This document shows positions 6,995 to 16,206 of a stretch of 30,280 nucleotides of DNA, piece by piece (within the stretch, counting starts at the first letter, position 1; each line of letters begins with the position of its first letter). Under the pieces are notes generated by a model, which worked only from the letters and a program-made list of their open reading frames with translations, did no database searches and was not told the origin of the DNA. The translations under genes were made by a program, and so were the position numbers. The DNA comes from a virus. Lineage: Duplodnaviria > Caudoviricetes. The DNA lies in IMG/VR virus record IMGVR_UViG_3300033512_000173, positions 1 to 30,280 of that record; one strand, given 5' to 3'.

Positions 6995-7264
6995 TTGGCA
7001 ACACCAAAGAAACCGGCTCCATTGCCAGTAAAAGCAAAAGAACCGGAAAAGACAAAAGAACCTGAGATTAATCAGGACGTGAAAGACTGTCCGAAATGTG
7101 GAGACAAAGCCGTCAAACCGTATAAGGATAAACACGGTTTATGGCGTTGCCATTGCTCACACCCTAAATGTGGGTACTGGGATTCTCAGTGTTATAATAC
7201 CGCTAATGATGCCGTAAACGGTTGGAACTCGACAAAGGCTCCAGAGGACAGATCGGGTTGGTAG
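6995..7264 (+). CDS. Lar-like (restriction alleviation) Zn-finger protein
   Basis: CPKCG...C..PKCG...A...WN pattern; AAGGGG RBS with TTG start. Confidence 0.6.
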   Translation: MATPKKPAPLPVKAKEPEKTKEPEINQDVKDCPKCGDKAVKPYKDKHGLWRCHCSHPKCGYWDSQCYNTANDAVNGWNSTKAPEDRSGW

Positions 7265-8688
7265 TAGAATCATCGGTTACTTTGACCGATGACCAGAAAA
7301 AAGCAATGGCGCTTATCCGTGAGGGCAAGCGCCATACTCTTTTATACGGTGGGTCAAGATCGGGAAAAACCTTTTTAATCATGCTCTGTATAGTTATTCG
7401 GGCTTTAATGTATCCGGAGTCAAGACACCTTGTGTATAGGTTAAGGCTTAAGGATGCCATTCAATCACTTTGGATGGAGACTTTACCCAAAGTGATAGCC
7501 TTGTATAAAGGTTTGGGGGGTATGGTCAAAATGAATGAAACCAGACACGTCGCAGAATTCCCAAATGGTGCCGAAATATGGGTAGCAGGTGTTGACGATG
7601 CCCGATCAGAAGATAGCGTACTGGGGAAAGAATACGCAACGATATATGCAAACGAAGCTAGTCAAATCCCTTTTATGACCGCATGGAAGGTAAGAACAAG
7701 GCTTGCTCAAAAAGTTCACGGATGCATTAATCGAGAATTCGTTGATCTTAATCCAACTACAAGAGCGCACTGGACGGCAAAGGAATTTGTAGACAAAATA
7801 GACCCTGCACACGCAAAGCCCGGAGATAAAAGACCGGTTGACAATCCTTCTTCCTATGCATGGTATCAGCTTAATCCAGGCGGTAATACTCAGAACTTAG
7901 ACGCCGATTATCTTAGATCCTTACAAAATGCACCAGAAAGCATGAGAAGGCGCTTTTATGAGGGTGAATATGCCAGTGATAATTCTCTTGTGGTTTTTCC
8001 TTTTCCAGATACAAGCTTTTACGCAGGCAAAGACTTTGAGAACTGGGTAAAAGAAGTAGGGTCAGGTAATGTTCGGCTTGCTGCAGGTTTAGACTTAGGG
8101 TTTGAGGATGCCGATGGTTTTGTAATCGTTGCATATTGCCCGAAGTTTGACAGAAACATGAATAAAGCAAGGGATGAAATAGAAGCTGCAAGGAAAGGGC
8201 GAGACGTTGATCAGAAAATTCCAGAGTCTTTGCGTAAAAGATGGCTCATTTATGAATATAAAGCACGTAGAACAGGTTTGTCAGACCTTGCAAAAGCGGT
8301 ACAAGTTGGATTGAAATGGGCGGAAAAGAGATCAAGTGAACTCGGCTTATCCTCGGCAAACATTTTAATCTACTCAGACACAGGCGGGGGCGGTGCAAAA
8401 ATGGTTTATGATCTTAGAACAGAACATAAATTACCAGTATTACCCGCTTATAAACGTGACAAGCTCGCCGCTATTGAGATGCTTCAGGATGATGTCAAAG
8501 AAGGTCGGTTTATGGTGCCAGCTGATGGGGCTTTTGCACAGGAAGCTGAAAGCATTGTATGGACTAAAGACCCTGAAACAGGCGAGGTTATACGAACAAT
8601 TGACGATAAACAGTACCATCCTGACATTATGGACGCTATTTTATACGCTATGCGAGCGGTTTGGGTTCAATCTGTTGGTAATGTATAA
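7222..8688 (+). CDS. terL: Terminase large subunit (start may be TTG 7258)
   Basis: Walker A YGGSRSGKT, Walker B IYANEASQ, motif DLNP, nuclease GLDLGFED, C-terminal DIMDAILYA. Confidence 0.93.
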   Translation: MELDKGSRGQIGLVVESSVTLTDDQKKAMALIREGKRHTLLYGGSRSGKTFLIMLCIVIRALMYPESRHLVYRLRLKDAIQSLWMETLPKVIALYKGLGGMVKMNETRHVAEFPNGAEIWVAGVDDARSEDSVLGKEYATIYANEASQIPFMTAWKVRTRLAQKVHGCINREFVDLNPTTRAHWTAKEFVDKIDPAHAKPGDKRPVDNPSSYAWYQLNPGGNTQNLDADYLRSLQNAPESMRRRFYEGEYASDNSLVVFPFPDTSFYAGKDFENWVKEVGSGNVRLAAGLDLGFEDADGFVIVAYCPKFDRNMNKARDEIEAARKGRDVDQKIPESLRKRWLIYEYKARRTGLSDLAKAVQVGLKWAEKRSSELGLSSANILIYSDTGGGGAKMVYDLRTEHKLPVLPAYKRDKLAAIEMLQDDVKEGRFMVPADGAFAQEAESIVWTKDPETGEVIRTIDDKQYHPDIMDAILYAMRAVWVQSVGNV

Positions 8689-8734
8689 TAAAATATACTT
8701 GACAGATATAAAAAAGGATACTATACCTTAATGT

Positions 8735-8983
8735 ATGGTATACAAATGGATACAGAAACAAGTAGAAAAAGCGGTAAAAGAATACCTTGACCGACTTCCC
8801 GATAGTATTATCATTCCAGCGGTTGCCAAAGTGATGAACTCACAGGGCTTGACCGAGGGAAACTATAAAAAATTAGTAGAAACAGCCACAGGTGAAAAAA
8901 CCGTGACCATTTATTTTGGGAATGGAGATTTTGCCGTAATATCAAACGGAAAAAGACAAGATAAAGGCGGTCCCGGATGGTAA
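8735..8983 (+). CDS. Hypothetical protein
   Basis: 82-aa ORF overlapping the portal start; TTGACA upstream at 8699. Confidence 0.65.
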   Translation: MVYKWIQKQVEKAVKEYLDRLPDSIIIPAVAKVMNSQGLTEGNYKKLVETATGEKTVTIYFGNGDFAVISNGKRQDKGGPGW

Positions 8984-10767
8984 AACCAATCGAAGGGAAA
9001 AACGAAAAGTATACAAATGATGAAGCCCTTGAAATAATCGGGCTTATAGGTCGTTTATATGGCTATTCCTCGGCAAGAGAAGCAAAGTTTAACAGAAACT
9101 TGAACAGATATTATAATTCCGGTCGAAACGTAGGGGATGCAAGTGCTACGATCTGGAACCCTGGTTATCAGTCAGTAGGTTTTAACCGTATTTTTTACGA
9201 CGATGCAAGCGTCCAGACCCGATTAAACGTGATTAAAAGCGCAATTGACACAGTAACCTCAAAATTATCCCAGGCTCGTGTAAGACCCTTCTTTGATGCA
9301 GTCAAGGGCGATTATCAGACCATAAAAGCAGCGCGATCTGCACAAATATTTTTTGATCAGTTCTTTGACACTCAAAAGATATACGAAAGGGCGCCGGAAA
9401 CCGCAAGGGCTTCAATGTTATTTGATGGCGGGCATTTTTGGATTGATGAAGAATCCATGATGATAACGCCTTTGCCTCACTGGGAACTTTATGTAAATCC
9501 TTACGAAGTAAATGCCGTAGGTATCAAGAATGTAACTATGGGGATGGTAAGGAAACAGAATTATCCTGTTTCTTCTGTCAAGCAACAGTTTCCCGGCGTA
9601 GAATGTTTGAAAAAATACAGTAATTCTGCAAGGGATGGCGTTGTTGAGTTTATTATTTTCTACGATCTTGAAAAGGGTAGCAAGTGGTTTATATGCAATA
9701 AAAAGATAATTTGGTGTAAAAAAATAGAATATGCCCGGCTTCCAGTAACTTCAATTTGGTGGGCAAAGCCGATTTTAGGATGGTCGACAACTTGCCTTGC
9801 GGATGATCTTTACACGATACAAGTAACAATTGACGAAATACAGTTAAGAATTGACCAAGCAGTCAAGCAATCGCCTTTTAATACCGTATATATACCTCAA
9901 GGGTCGGATATAAAGGCAACAATGCTTTCGAATGAAGCAGGGCTTGCAGTTCCATACCTTGAAGGTCCGGGCGGCGGGATGCCGGTTATAGCTACTCCAG
10001 CCCCGATCTCGCCAATGTATACGCAACTTTTGGATAGTTATATATCAAAGGCTTATGAGCTTGCCGGAATTTCTCAATTATCCGCACAGTCAAAGAAGCC
10101 GGCGGGGGTTACCTCTGGAGTGGCTTTCCAGACCCTTGAAGATGTGGAATCAGAACGCTTTAATGTTATAGTGCAAGATTACATACACCAATTTGTTGAG
10201 CTTGCAGAACTTTGCGTAGAAGTTTTTCCAGAGGGTGCCGATGTTTTACCGGATACAATGGACAGGGCAAAAGTTAAATGGGGCGATATAAAGAAACAAC
10301 GTGATTTATTTCGTGTACAATTTTCCGCCGGCTCGGCTTTATCAAAAGACCCAGCAACAAAGATCCAACAGATTCAACAGCTTCAAAGTTTGGGTATCAA
10401 TTTACAACCTATACTTCCACAGCTTTTGGAATTGCCAGACCTTGAGACGGCTTACAGTGTTACGACTTCAAGTTATGACTATGTGCAAAGCGTAATAGAA
10501 AGAGCAGCCGAGACAGGGAAAACCGATTTTGTTGAAGTTGTAAACATGGAAATGCTTTTCGCAGAAACTACACGCTGGATTTTAAGACTTTCAGCCGATG
10601 AAGCAAACAAAAAATACATTGAAAACCTGATATCTTTACTTGAAAAAGTTCTTAAGGCTCAAAAAGCTGCTACAGAACCAGAACCGGCTCCGATGCCGAT
10701 GCCTGAGAATGTACCAGTACAGCAAAATATACCGCCGGTTATGATGCCGGTACAAGGAGGAGTTTAA
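8977..10767 (+). CDS. Portal protein
   Basis: 596 aa after TerL; NVIKSAIDTVTSKL..RP.F, LAGISQLS, TSGVA motifs typical of P22-like portals. Confidence 0.85.
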   Translation: MVKPIEGKNEKYTNDEALEIIGLIGRLYGYSSAREAKFNRNLNRYYNSGRNVGDASATIWNPGYQSVGFNRIFYDDASVQTRLNVIKSAIDTVTSKLSQARVRPFFDAVKGDYQTIKAARSAQIFFDQFFDTQKIYERAPETARASMLFDGGHFWIDEESMMITPLPHWELYVNPYEVNAVGIKNVTMGMVRKQNYPVSSVKQQFPGVECLKKYSNSARDGVVEFIIFYDLEKGSKWFICNKKIIWCKKIEYARLPVTSIWWAKPILGWSTTCLADDLYTIQVTIDEIQLRIDQAVKQSPFNTVYIPQGSDIKATMLSNEAGLAVPYLEGPGGGMPVIATPAPISPMYTQLLDSYISKAYELAGISQLSAQSKKPAGVTSGVAFQTLEDVESERFNVIVQDYIHQFVELAELCVEVFPEGADVLPDTMDRAKVKWGDIKKQRDLFRVQFSAGSALSKDPATKIQQIQQLQSLGINLQPILPQLLELPDLETAYSVTTSSYDYVQSVIERAAETGKTDFVEVVNMEMLFAETTRWILRLSADEANKKYIENLISLLEKVLKAQKAATEPEPAPMPMPENVPVQQNIPPVMMPVQGGV

Positions 10768-10771
10768 CAGC

Positions 10772-11326
10772 ATGGACACCGAACAAATGATAACAGAGTT
10801 AATCGATGTCGTGCGGACTTTGTGCGAACGCGTACAGTGGCATGATGAAGTTTTAGATGATCTGACACAAAAGAAGATCACAGACCGGCTAGACGGCATC
10901 GAAAAAGAATTTGGATGCTTTACAGGCGGATTAAATGACATCATTGACGGTAGACGCAAGAGGGAATACACCGACGGTTTAAGATCAAATAAACCAGAAT
11001 TCGGTAAGTATGAAGATATCGGGAAAAGGTTTGGTATTGATGTTTACGACACAGTAGCAAACAAAACATTCGATATGCCAGACGAAGAGCGAGAGGGAGC
11101 AATCGGCGAGATGATGTCAGAATTATCTTCAAAGTTTGATGACCTTATAGCTGCCCTTGAAACGCATAATCAGCACGAAAAAGCGGAAACTCCAGCAATG
11201 GAAGCAGCAGAACACGCCCCGGAAAGCGGAGCGGTTGAAATTGAGGTTCAGACAGGTGTTAAGCCTGATCAGAAAATTATAGAAATGGCTCGAAAAATGA
11301 AAGCTCGAGCTGAGGGGAAGGAATAA
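10772..11326 (+). CDS. Probable scaffolding protein
   Basis: Acidic helical protein between portal and capsid, with a basic C-terminal helix. Confidence 0.6.
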   Translation: MDTEQMITELIDVVRTLCERVQWHDEVLDDLTQKKITDRLDGIEKEFGCFTGGLNDIIDGRRKREYTDGLRSNKPEFGKYEDIGKRFGIDVYDTVANKTFDMPDEEREGAIGEMMSELSSKFDDLIAALETHNQHEKAETPAMEAAEHAPESGAVEIEVQTGVKPDQKIIEMARKMKARAEGKE

Positions 11327-11332
11327 AACAGA

Positions 11333-12742
11333 ATGGCATTCGCAACCACACCGGGCTTTAGCTCGGCAAACGCACTTGCGGTTCTTAAAGAATCGTATGC
11401 AGAAAAAGAGGTTCAGAACCTTATTGAACGGAATTCGCCAACTTTGGCAAAAATCCGCAAAGTACCGGGATACGGTAAATATTACGTAATCCCGATGTTG
11501 TATTCACGAGGTGGCGCTGTTACCTCTGATTTCACAAAACTAACCGCTTTGATTGGAACAACCGCACACAACAAAAGTATGCAGGTAACTTTCGGGCAAA
11601 TTTTTACTGGTTTTTCAATCAGTCCAAAAGAACATTTGGCTTCTGAGTCTGAACCCGGCGCCTTTGTCCAGTTAATTCGGGAATACTATTTTGCTTCTAC
11701 AGAAGCACTTAGAAAAACCGTTGGACTGGCAATATTTGGCATGGGTTACGGAGAAGTAGCTCCAGTTCTTTCCGTAGACGCTGTAAACCAACTTTATATC
11801 ACTATGAGTCAATTTGGCGCTATGGGTATTGATATCGGTAGTTCTGTACAGTTTGCAACTGGACCCACTCCAGAAGGTGCATACCGTGCAGGTGGTGCCG
11901 TTGTAGTATCAAAGATTGATGATAATGGCGATGACACTGTTACTGTTACCTTTGGTTCAGCTTATGGTGCAGCCGTTGCCGTTGGTGACTGGATGGAACT
12001 TGACGGCGCTAGAAGCTCCGGCGGTGACCCTTTACAGTTTGTCGGTTTTCGTGGATGGCTTCCAACTATTGGAAACCGAACAGGTGCAACATGGAACGGT
12101 TATATCGCAACCAGCTTCTTTGGTGTAGATCGCTCTGTTTATCCAACACGTTTGGGCGGACAGTTTATCCTTAGAGATACTGGAGCCGGTGAAAAACTTT
12201 CAGCAGCCCTTACTCGTGGAGTTCGTGCCGTAAGACGTGCCGGTTCTGTACCTGATATGATCGTACTTAATGACGTTGACTTTGGTACAATCATAGAAGA
12301 ATTGAAAGCTAACCAGTATCAATGGCAAGCAATCAACGGACCTAATGCCGGCGGACAGCTTAAAGCTACTTCTGGAATCAGTTCTTTGATGTTTGCTTTC
12401 TCAAATACATGGGTACAATATGTAGTAGATGACCCCTATTGTCCAGTTGGCTTTGGTTATGTACTTGAAACTGAATCTGTTGGAATCTCTATGCTTTCTA
12501 ATAAAAAGCCAATTGATACCGAAGTTCCAGTAACCAATGAAGGCGGTTCACCTAAGATATCCAGTCAGGATATGCCACCAATGGAATACCGCTGGAATAT
12601 CGACGATCTACTTGCAACGGCTCCAAGTGACACGATCGACGGTCAAGGTGCCCGAATTACTACCCAGTTCTTTGGTGCTTTCTTTGTTCGTAATCCTGCA
12701 CATTGTGCAGTTGTAAAGTTTGCTCCAACTACTGCCTGCTAA
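11333..12742 (+). CDS. Major capsid protein
   Basis: 469 aa; LKESY N-terminus, VVDDPYCP, terminal RNPAHCAVV; followed by a terminator. Confidence 0.85.
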   Translation: MAFATTPGFSSANALAVLKESYAEKEVQNLIERNSPTLAKIRKVPGYGKYYVIPMLYSRGGAVTSDFTKLTALIGTTAHNKSMQVTFGQIFTGFSISPKEHLASESEPGAFVQLIREYYFASTEALRKTVGLAIFGMGYGEVAPVLSVDAVNQLYITMSQFGAMGIDIGSSVQFATGPTPEGAYRAGGAVVVSKIDDNGDDTVTVTFGSAYGAAVAVGDWMELDGARSSGGDPLQFVGFRGWLPTIGNRTGATWNGYIATSFFGVDRSVYPTRLGGQFILRDTGAGEKLSAALTRGVRAVRRAGSVPDMIVLNDVDFGTIIEELKANQYQWQAINGPNAGGQLKATSGISSLMFAFSNTWVQYVVDDPYCPVGFGYVLETESVGISMLSNKKPIDTEVPVTNEGGSPKISSQDMPPMEYRWNIDDLLATAPSDTIDGQGARITTQFFGAFFVRNPAHCAVVKFAPTTAC

Positions 12743-12747
12743 AAAAT

Positions 12748-12779
12748 AGGGCGGGGGCTTAGGCTCCTGCCCTTTCCTT
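12748..12779 (+). terminator. Intrinsic terminator after the capsid gene
   Basis: AGGGCGGGGGC-TTAG-GCTCCTGCCCT stem (two G-U pairs) with a weak T tract. Confidence 0.6.
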
Positions 12780-12811
12780 ACCTGCTTCATCCTGTTGAGG
12801 GACAAATCAAA

Positions 12812-13447
12812 ATGACAATAGCCGAAATTATAGCCGCCGCAAGGCAATACACTCAGATTACAGGGTCAACATGGTTCACAGCAACCGATGAACTACGCTC
12901 AGTTAATCGTGCATACCGTGACATTTACGAGAAAATACTAGACTCAAATGACGAATTCTTTATAACTGAAATTACCGTACCTGTTTCAACAATGACGTTA
13001 ATCAGGGATAATACATATTCTTACAACTTGCCCGCCGATTGGCACAGACTCAGAAAACTTTCCGCCGTTTTACCACAGGGCGAGAAACAACTAGAACGGC
13101 TTGACCCTCAAGAGATTCAAAGATATGAGGGGTACAGGTTTTTCGGGAATACTTTAAGGATTACCTTTCAAGATAATTACGATGATTTTAGGCTTGAATA
13201 TTACCCTTCTCCTGTAGAATATACTTTACCAGCGGAAACGGTTGTTTACCCTCCTCAGTTAGAACCTTTGATTATTGCTTATCAGATAGCAATGGATATT
13301 ACAAAGGCACAAAACGGAGACGCAACAAAGCACGCCGAGGAATATCAACGCCTTTGGATGCGGTTTGAGAACGCAACAAAGAAAAGGGATAATTTTAGAT
13401 ATCCTAGAATTGCAAACGTATACCGCTCAACTTATCCAGGATGGTAA
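12812..13447 (+). CDS. Head-tail adaptor (tail tubular protein A-like)
   Basis: Position and size; MT..EII...R, VNRAY, Y.LPAD motifs. Confidence 0.7.
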   Translation: MTIAEIIAAARQYTQITGSTWFTATDELRSVNRAYRDIYEKILDSNDEFFITEITVPVSTMTLIRDNTYSYNLPADWHRLRKLSAVLPQGEKQLERLDPQEIQRYEGYRFFGNTLRITFQDNYDDFRLEYYPSPVEYTLPAETVVYPPQLEPLIIAYQIAMDITKAQNGDATKHAEEYQRLWMRFENATKKRDNFRYPRIANVYRSTYPGW

Positions 13448-13450
13448 AAA

Positions 13451-16204
13451 ATGGCAGAAATTAAACCTTTAGAACTTAGGGCTTCAATAAACACAGATAC
13501 CACACCGGATAGTTTGCAAACTTGGGATGCACAAGCAAAGGTTATTAAAAATACTGGAATTGAAAGGGATGGTGGGGTTACAAACCTTTATACTCAGGTT
13601 GAATCAAACAGTCAGTATGATAAAACCTTTTACACTCGAAACGATAAGCGAGTTAGGCTTCTTTACGATGCCTTAAACAATGCTTATCGGGTCTTTTCTA
13701 ATGCCTTAGAGGTTGGAAGGGTGCCACCGTGGAGCGTAGAAAGCCGGAAAGTGGTTACTATTGACGCTAATGATGTTATGGCAACCACAGACGATAAATT
13801 TCTAGTTTTACGGCTTTCTTCCTCTGTCGCAACGATACAAGAGGTAGACAGCAACTTTGTTTTAATTCAGCAAAGATCCTTTGCAATTCCCGCAAATATT
13901 ACCGATGGTATGTTAGTCAGAAACAAGGCTCCTACATGGGCAAACGTGACCAGCATAGTAGGAATTTTTGCAAATTCAGCAAAACTTAATCATATTATAA
14001 TCACGGATGCAGGCGTTACCTATACAATGGCGGGGCAAACAGGCTTTGTAAATGCCTCTCAAGTTTTCGCATATTATGAAAATGGTTGGATAGTTTCAGC
14101 AAATGATAAAACAGACAATAAAACATTCTTGCTAAATTCAGCTGGCGTTCAACAGGGTACTTATACAGAAGCGGTTTTTATTGTAGCAAATTATAACCAG
14201 GGTACAGGGCTTGTTTCCTTTATCGGCTATAGAGACGTAATAACTCTAGGTACGGCAGGCACTTATGGCAACGCTTTCACGCCTCCAGCTGCTCCTTTAG
14301 GGGTCTGGGTAATTACAGCCCTGACTAATGGTTTAACAACTCCTGTTGCCCTTCTATACACGTTTGGCGGGTTTGAAATGTGCTATGGCGGAGCAACAAA
14401 AAGCGTATTCTATAATAATAACACAGCAACTAATAGAACATGGGTAATTGGACATTCAACACCTGTTGAAATATACGGATATATTGACAATGGGGCGGAC
14501 GTTGCCTTTAAGGTTCATACAATTTTGGGCGATGGTGCTTATATTTCAGCTTCATTCCTTGCCGATGGTATCGGGGTGCCTATAACCGAAGTTGGCGAGC
14601 TTAATGCTTTTTATCTTCCACAGGTTCTAAAATGTTCAGATGGATGTTATAAAATAGTATACAGGCGAGGCGATGGGGCTTTTGCTTCAGTACAGCTTTC
14701 AACAGCTGCAAGTATTGACAGAATGCAAGAAATTGCCCCAAACATAGTCAAAATTAACACGACATCGGCTCTTTGCATTGTCGATACTAATGATAATGAT
14801 CTTCAATATGGTGGCAATGCCTTTAATGGCTTCGTGATAATGGGGTTTGACGCCGTTTCTCCGGTGCAAAAAGCTTTTGTCGCACGTTATAGAGGGGATT
14901 GGGGCGGGTCGGTTGACACAAATTACAAGTCTACAGGGGCGGTTTTAGTTGGAACACCTAATCTAATAGTCATCCCTGAAAGCCTCTCTTATACTCCAAA
15001 CAATGAAACCATAGATATTTACTATGGACCTCCTCCATCTTCTTTAACTTATTACCGATCTATAAAAGATGGCTTTGCTCAAATGGTTAAAACCAATCTT
15101 TTGGGAACTCTTTACGTAGACGATTTAATCGTACCACCTCCTATTGGCGTTGAATATTACGAACAAACGATCTCATTAGTGGGGTCAACGGTTATTCGGG
15201 AACTACAGCTAGACGGATACCAGCTGTTAAATGAAATAATCGGGAACTTTATATCTTTTGTGCTATACGGAAACCTCTATTTATTCGATCAAGATTGGAT
15301 TTACCTAGCTTCTTTGTCAGGAAACGTACTCCAGAATAAAAGCAAAGTCGCAAATGCTTTGGGCTTGCAATTCCTTGCAGAAAGTCCAACGGCAATATAT
15401 TTCTACTCAGGGTTTGACAATTCCATTTATATCTTTGACGGCGGTCAGGCAGTATCAAAACAAAGCCGTTTCTCACAGAAAGGGGCAATCAGGGCGGCGG
15501 TTTTTAGCCCTTATGAGAACACTTTAGGCATTTTCCTTGATAATTCAGTTATATGGAACCGTGACGGCGTAATGTCAGAAACCTTTTTGCCATTAACCTA
15601 CCCTTACGATATCTTTTCAACTAGCGCCGGAATCTGGATATCTCAAAACAAATATGCCGTAAAATACCTTTATTCAACTATCACAGGGGGCGGTGGTAGT
15701 CCGTCGGTTATAGTTATTGACCTTGACCTTGACGGTGGTATATGGGGAACAGCTTACGCAGATGATTATGATGGCGGGATATGGGGAACGCCTTACGTTG
15801 ACACTTTGGATGGCGCTCCGTGGGCGGGAACCTCTGGGGGCGGAAGTATAGTTGACCCTTTAATCTGGAAATCTCAATTTTTAGGCTTTAACGATAAGAT
15901 GAAGCAAATAATTGACAGGTTTACTTTTAGGGTGTATAAACAAGACAAGGTGCAAAGCCTTATATCATTCGTTTATTCAGCATACTACGAAAATGGCATG
16001 ATATCAGAAACCGGCTCTGTAATAATAGGAGACGCAAACAATCCCTATGATACAGATGGCTATGCTTATGTGGAATTTGTACCAGCCAATAAAAACGCCG
16101 TTGCAAGTGCAATACAGCTTACTTGCGTCGATAAAATTGTGCTTGTAGCAGGGTTTGCCGAGGTAACAATGCCGAATGTATCAATCGCAAAGAATAGGAG
16201 CTAA
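13451..16204 (+). CDS. Tail nozzle / hub protein (tail tubular protein B-like)
   Basis: 917 aa beta-rich protein after the adaptor; C-terminal WKSQ...K.IIDRF segment typical of podoviral nozzles. Confidence 0.6.
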   Translation: MAEIKPLELRASINTDTTPDSLQTWDAQAKVIKNTGIERDGGVTNLYTQVESNSQYDKTFYTRNDKRVRLLYDALNNAYRVFSNALEVGRVPPWSVESRKVVTIDANDVMATTDDKFLVLRLSSSVATIQEVDSNFVLIQQRSFAIPANITDGMLVRNKAPTWANVTSIVGIFANSAKLNHIIITDAGVTYTMAGQTGFVNASQVFAYYENGWIVSANDKTDNKTFLLNSAGVQQGTYTEAVFIVANYNQGTGLVSFIGYRDVITLGTAGTYGNAFTPPAAPLGVWVITALTNGLTTPVALLYTFGGFEMCYGGATKSVFYNNNTATNRTWVIGHSTPVEIYGYIDNGADVAFKVHTILGDGAYISASFLADGIGVPITEVGELNAFYLPQVLKCSDGCYKIVYRRGDGAFASVQLSTAASIDRMQEIAPNIVKINTTSALCIVDTNDNDLQYGGNAFNGFVIMGFDAVSPVQKAFVARYRGDWGGSVDTNYKSTGAVLVGTPNLIVIPESLSYTPNNETIDIYYGPPPSSLTYYRSIKDGFAQMVKTNLLGTLYVDDLIVPPPIGVEYYEQTISLVGSTVIRELQLDGYQLLNEIIGNFISFVLYGNLYLFDQDWIYLASLSGNVLQNKSKVANALGLQFLAESPTAIYFYSGFDNSIYIFDGGQAVSKQSRFSQKGAIRAAVFSPYENTLGIFLDNSVIWNRDGVMSETFLPLTYPYDIFSTSAGIWISQNKYAVKYLYSTITGGGGSPSVIVIDLDLDGGIWGTAYADDYDGGIWGTPYVDTLDGAPWAGTSGGGSIVDPLIWKSQFLGFNDKMKQIIDRFTFRVYKQDKVQSLISFVYSAYYENGMISETGSVIIGDANNPYDTDGYAYVEFVPANKNAVASAIQLTCVDKIVLVAGFAEVTMPNVSIAKNRS

Positions 16205-16206
16205 AC

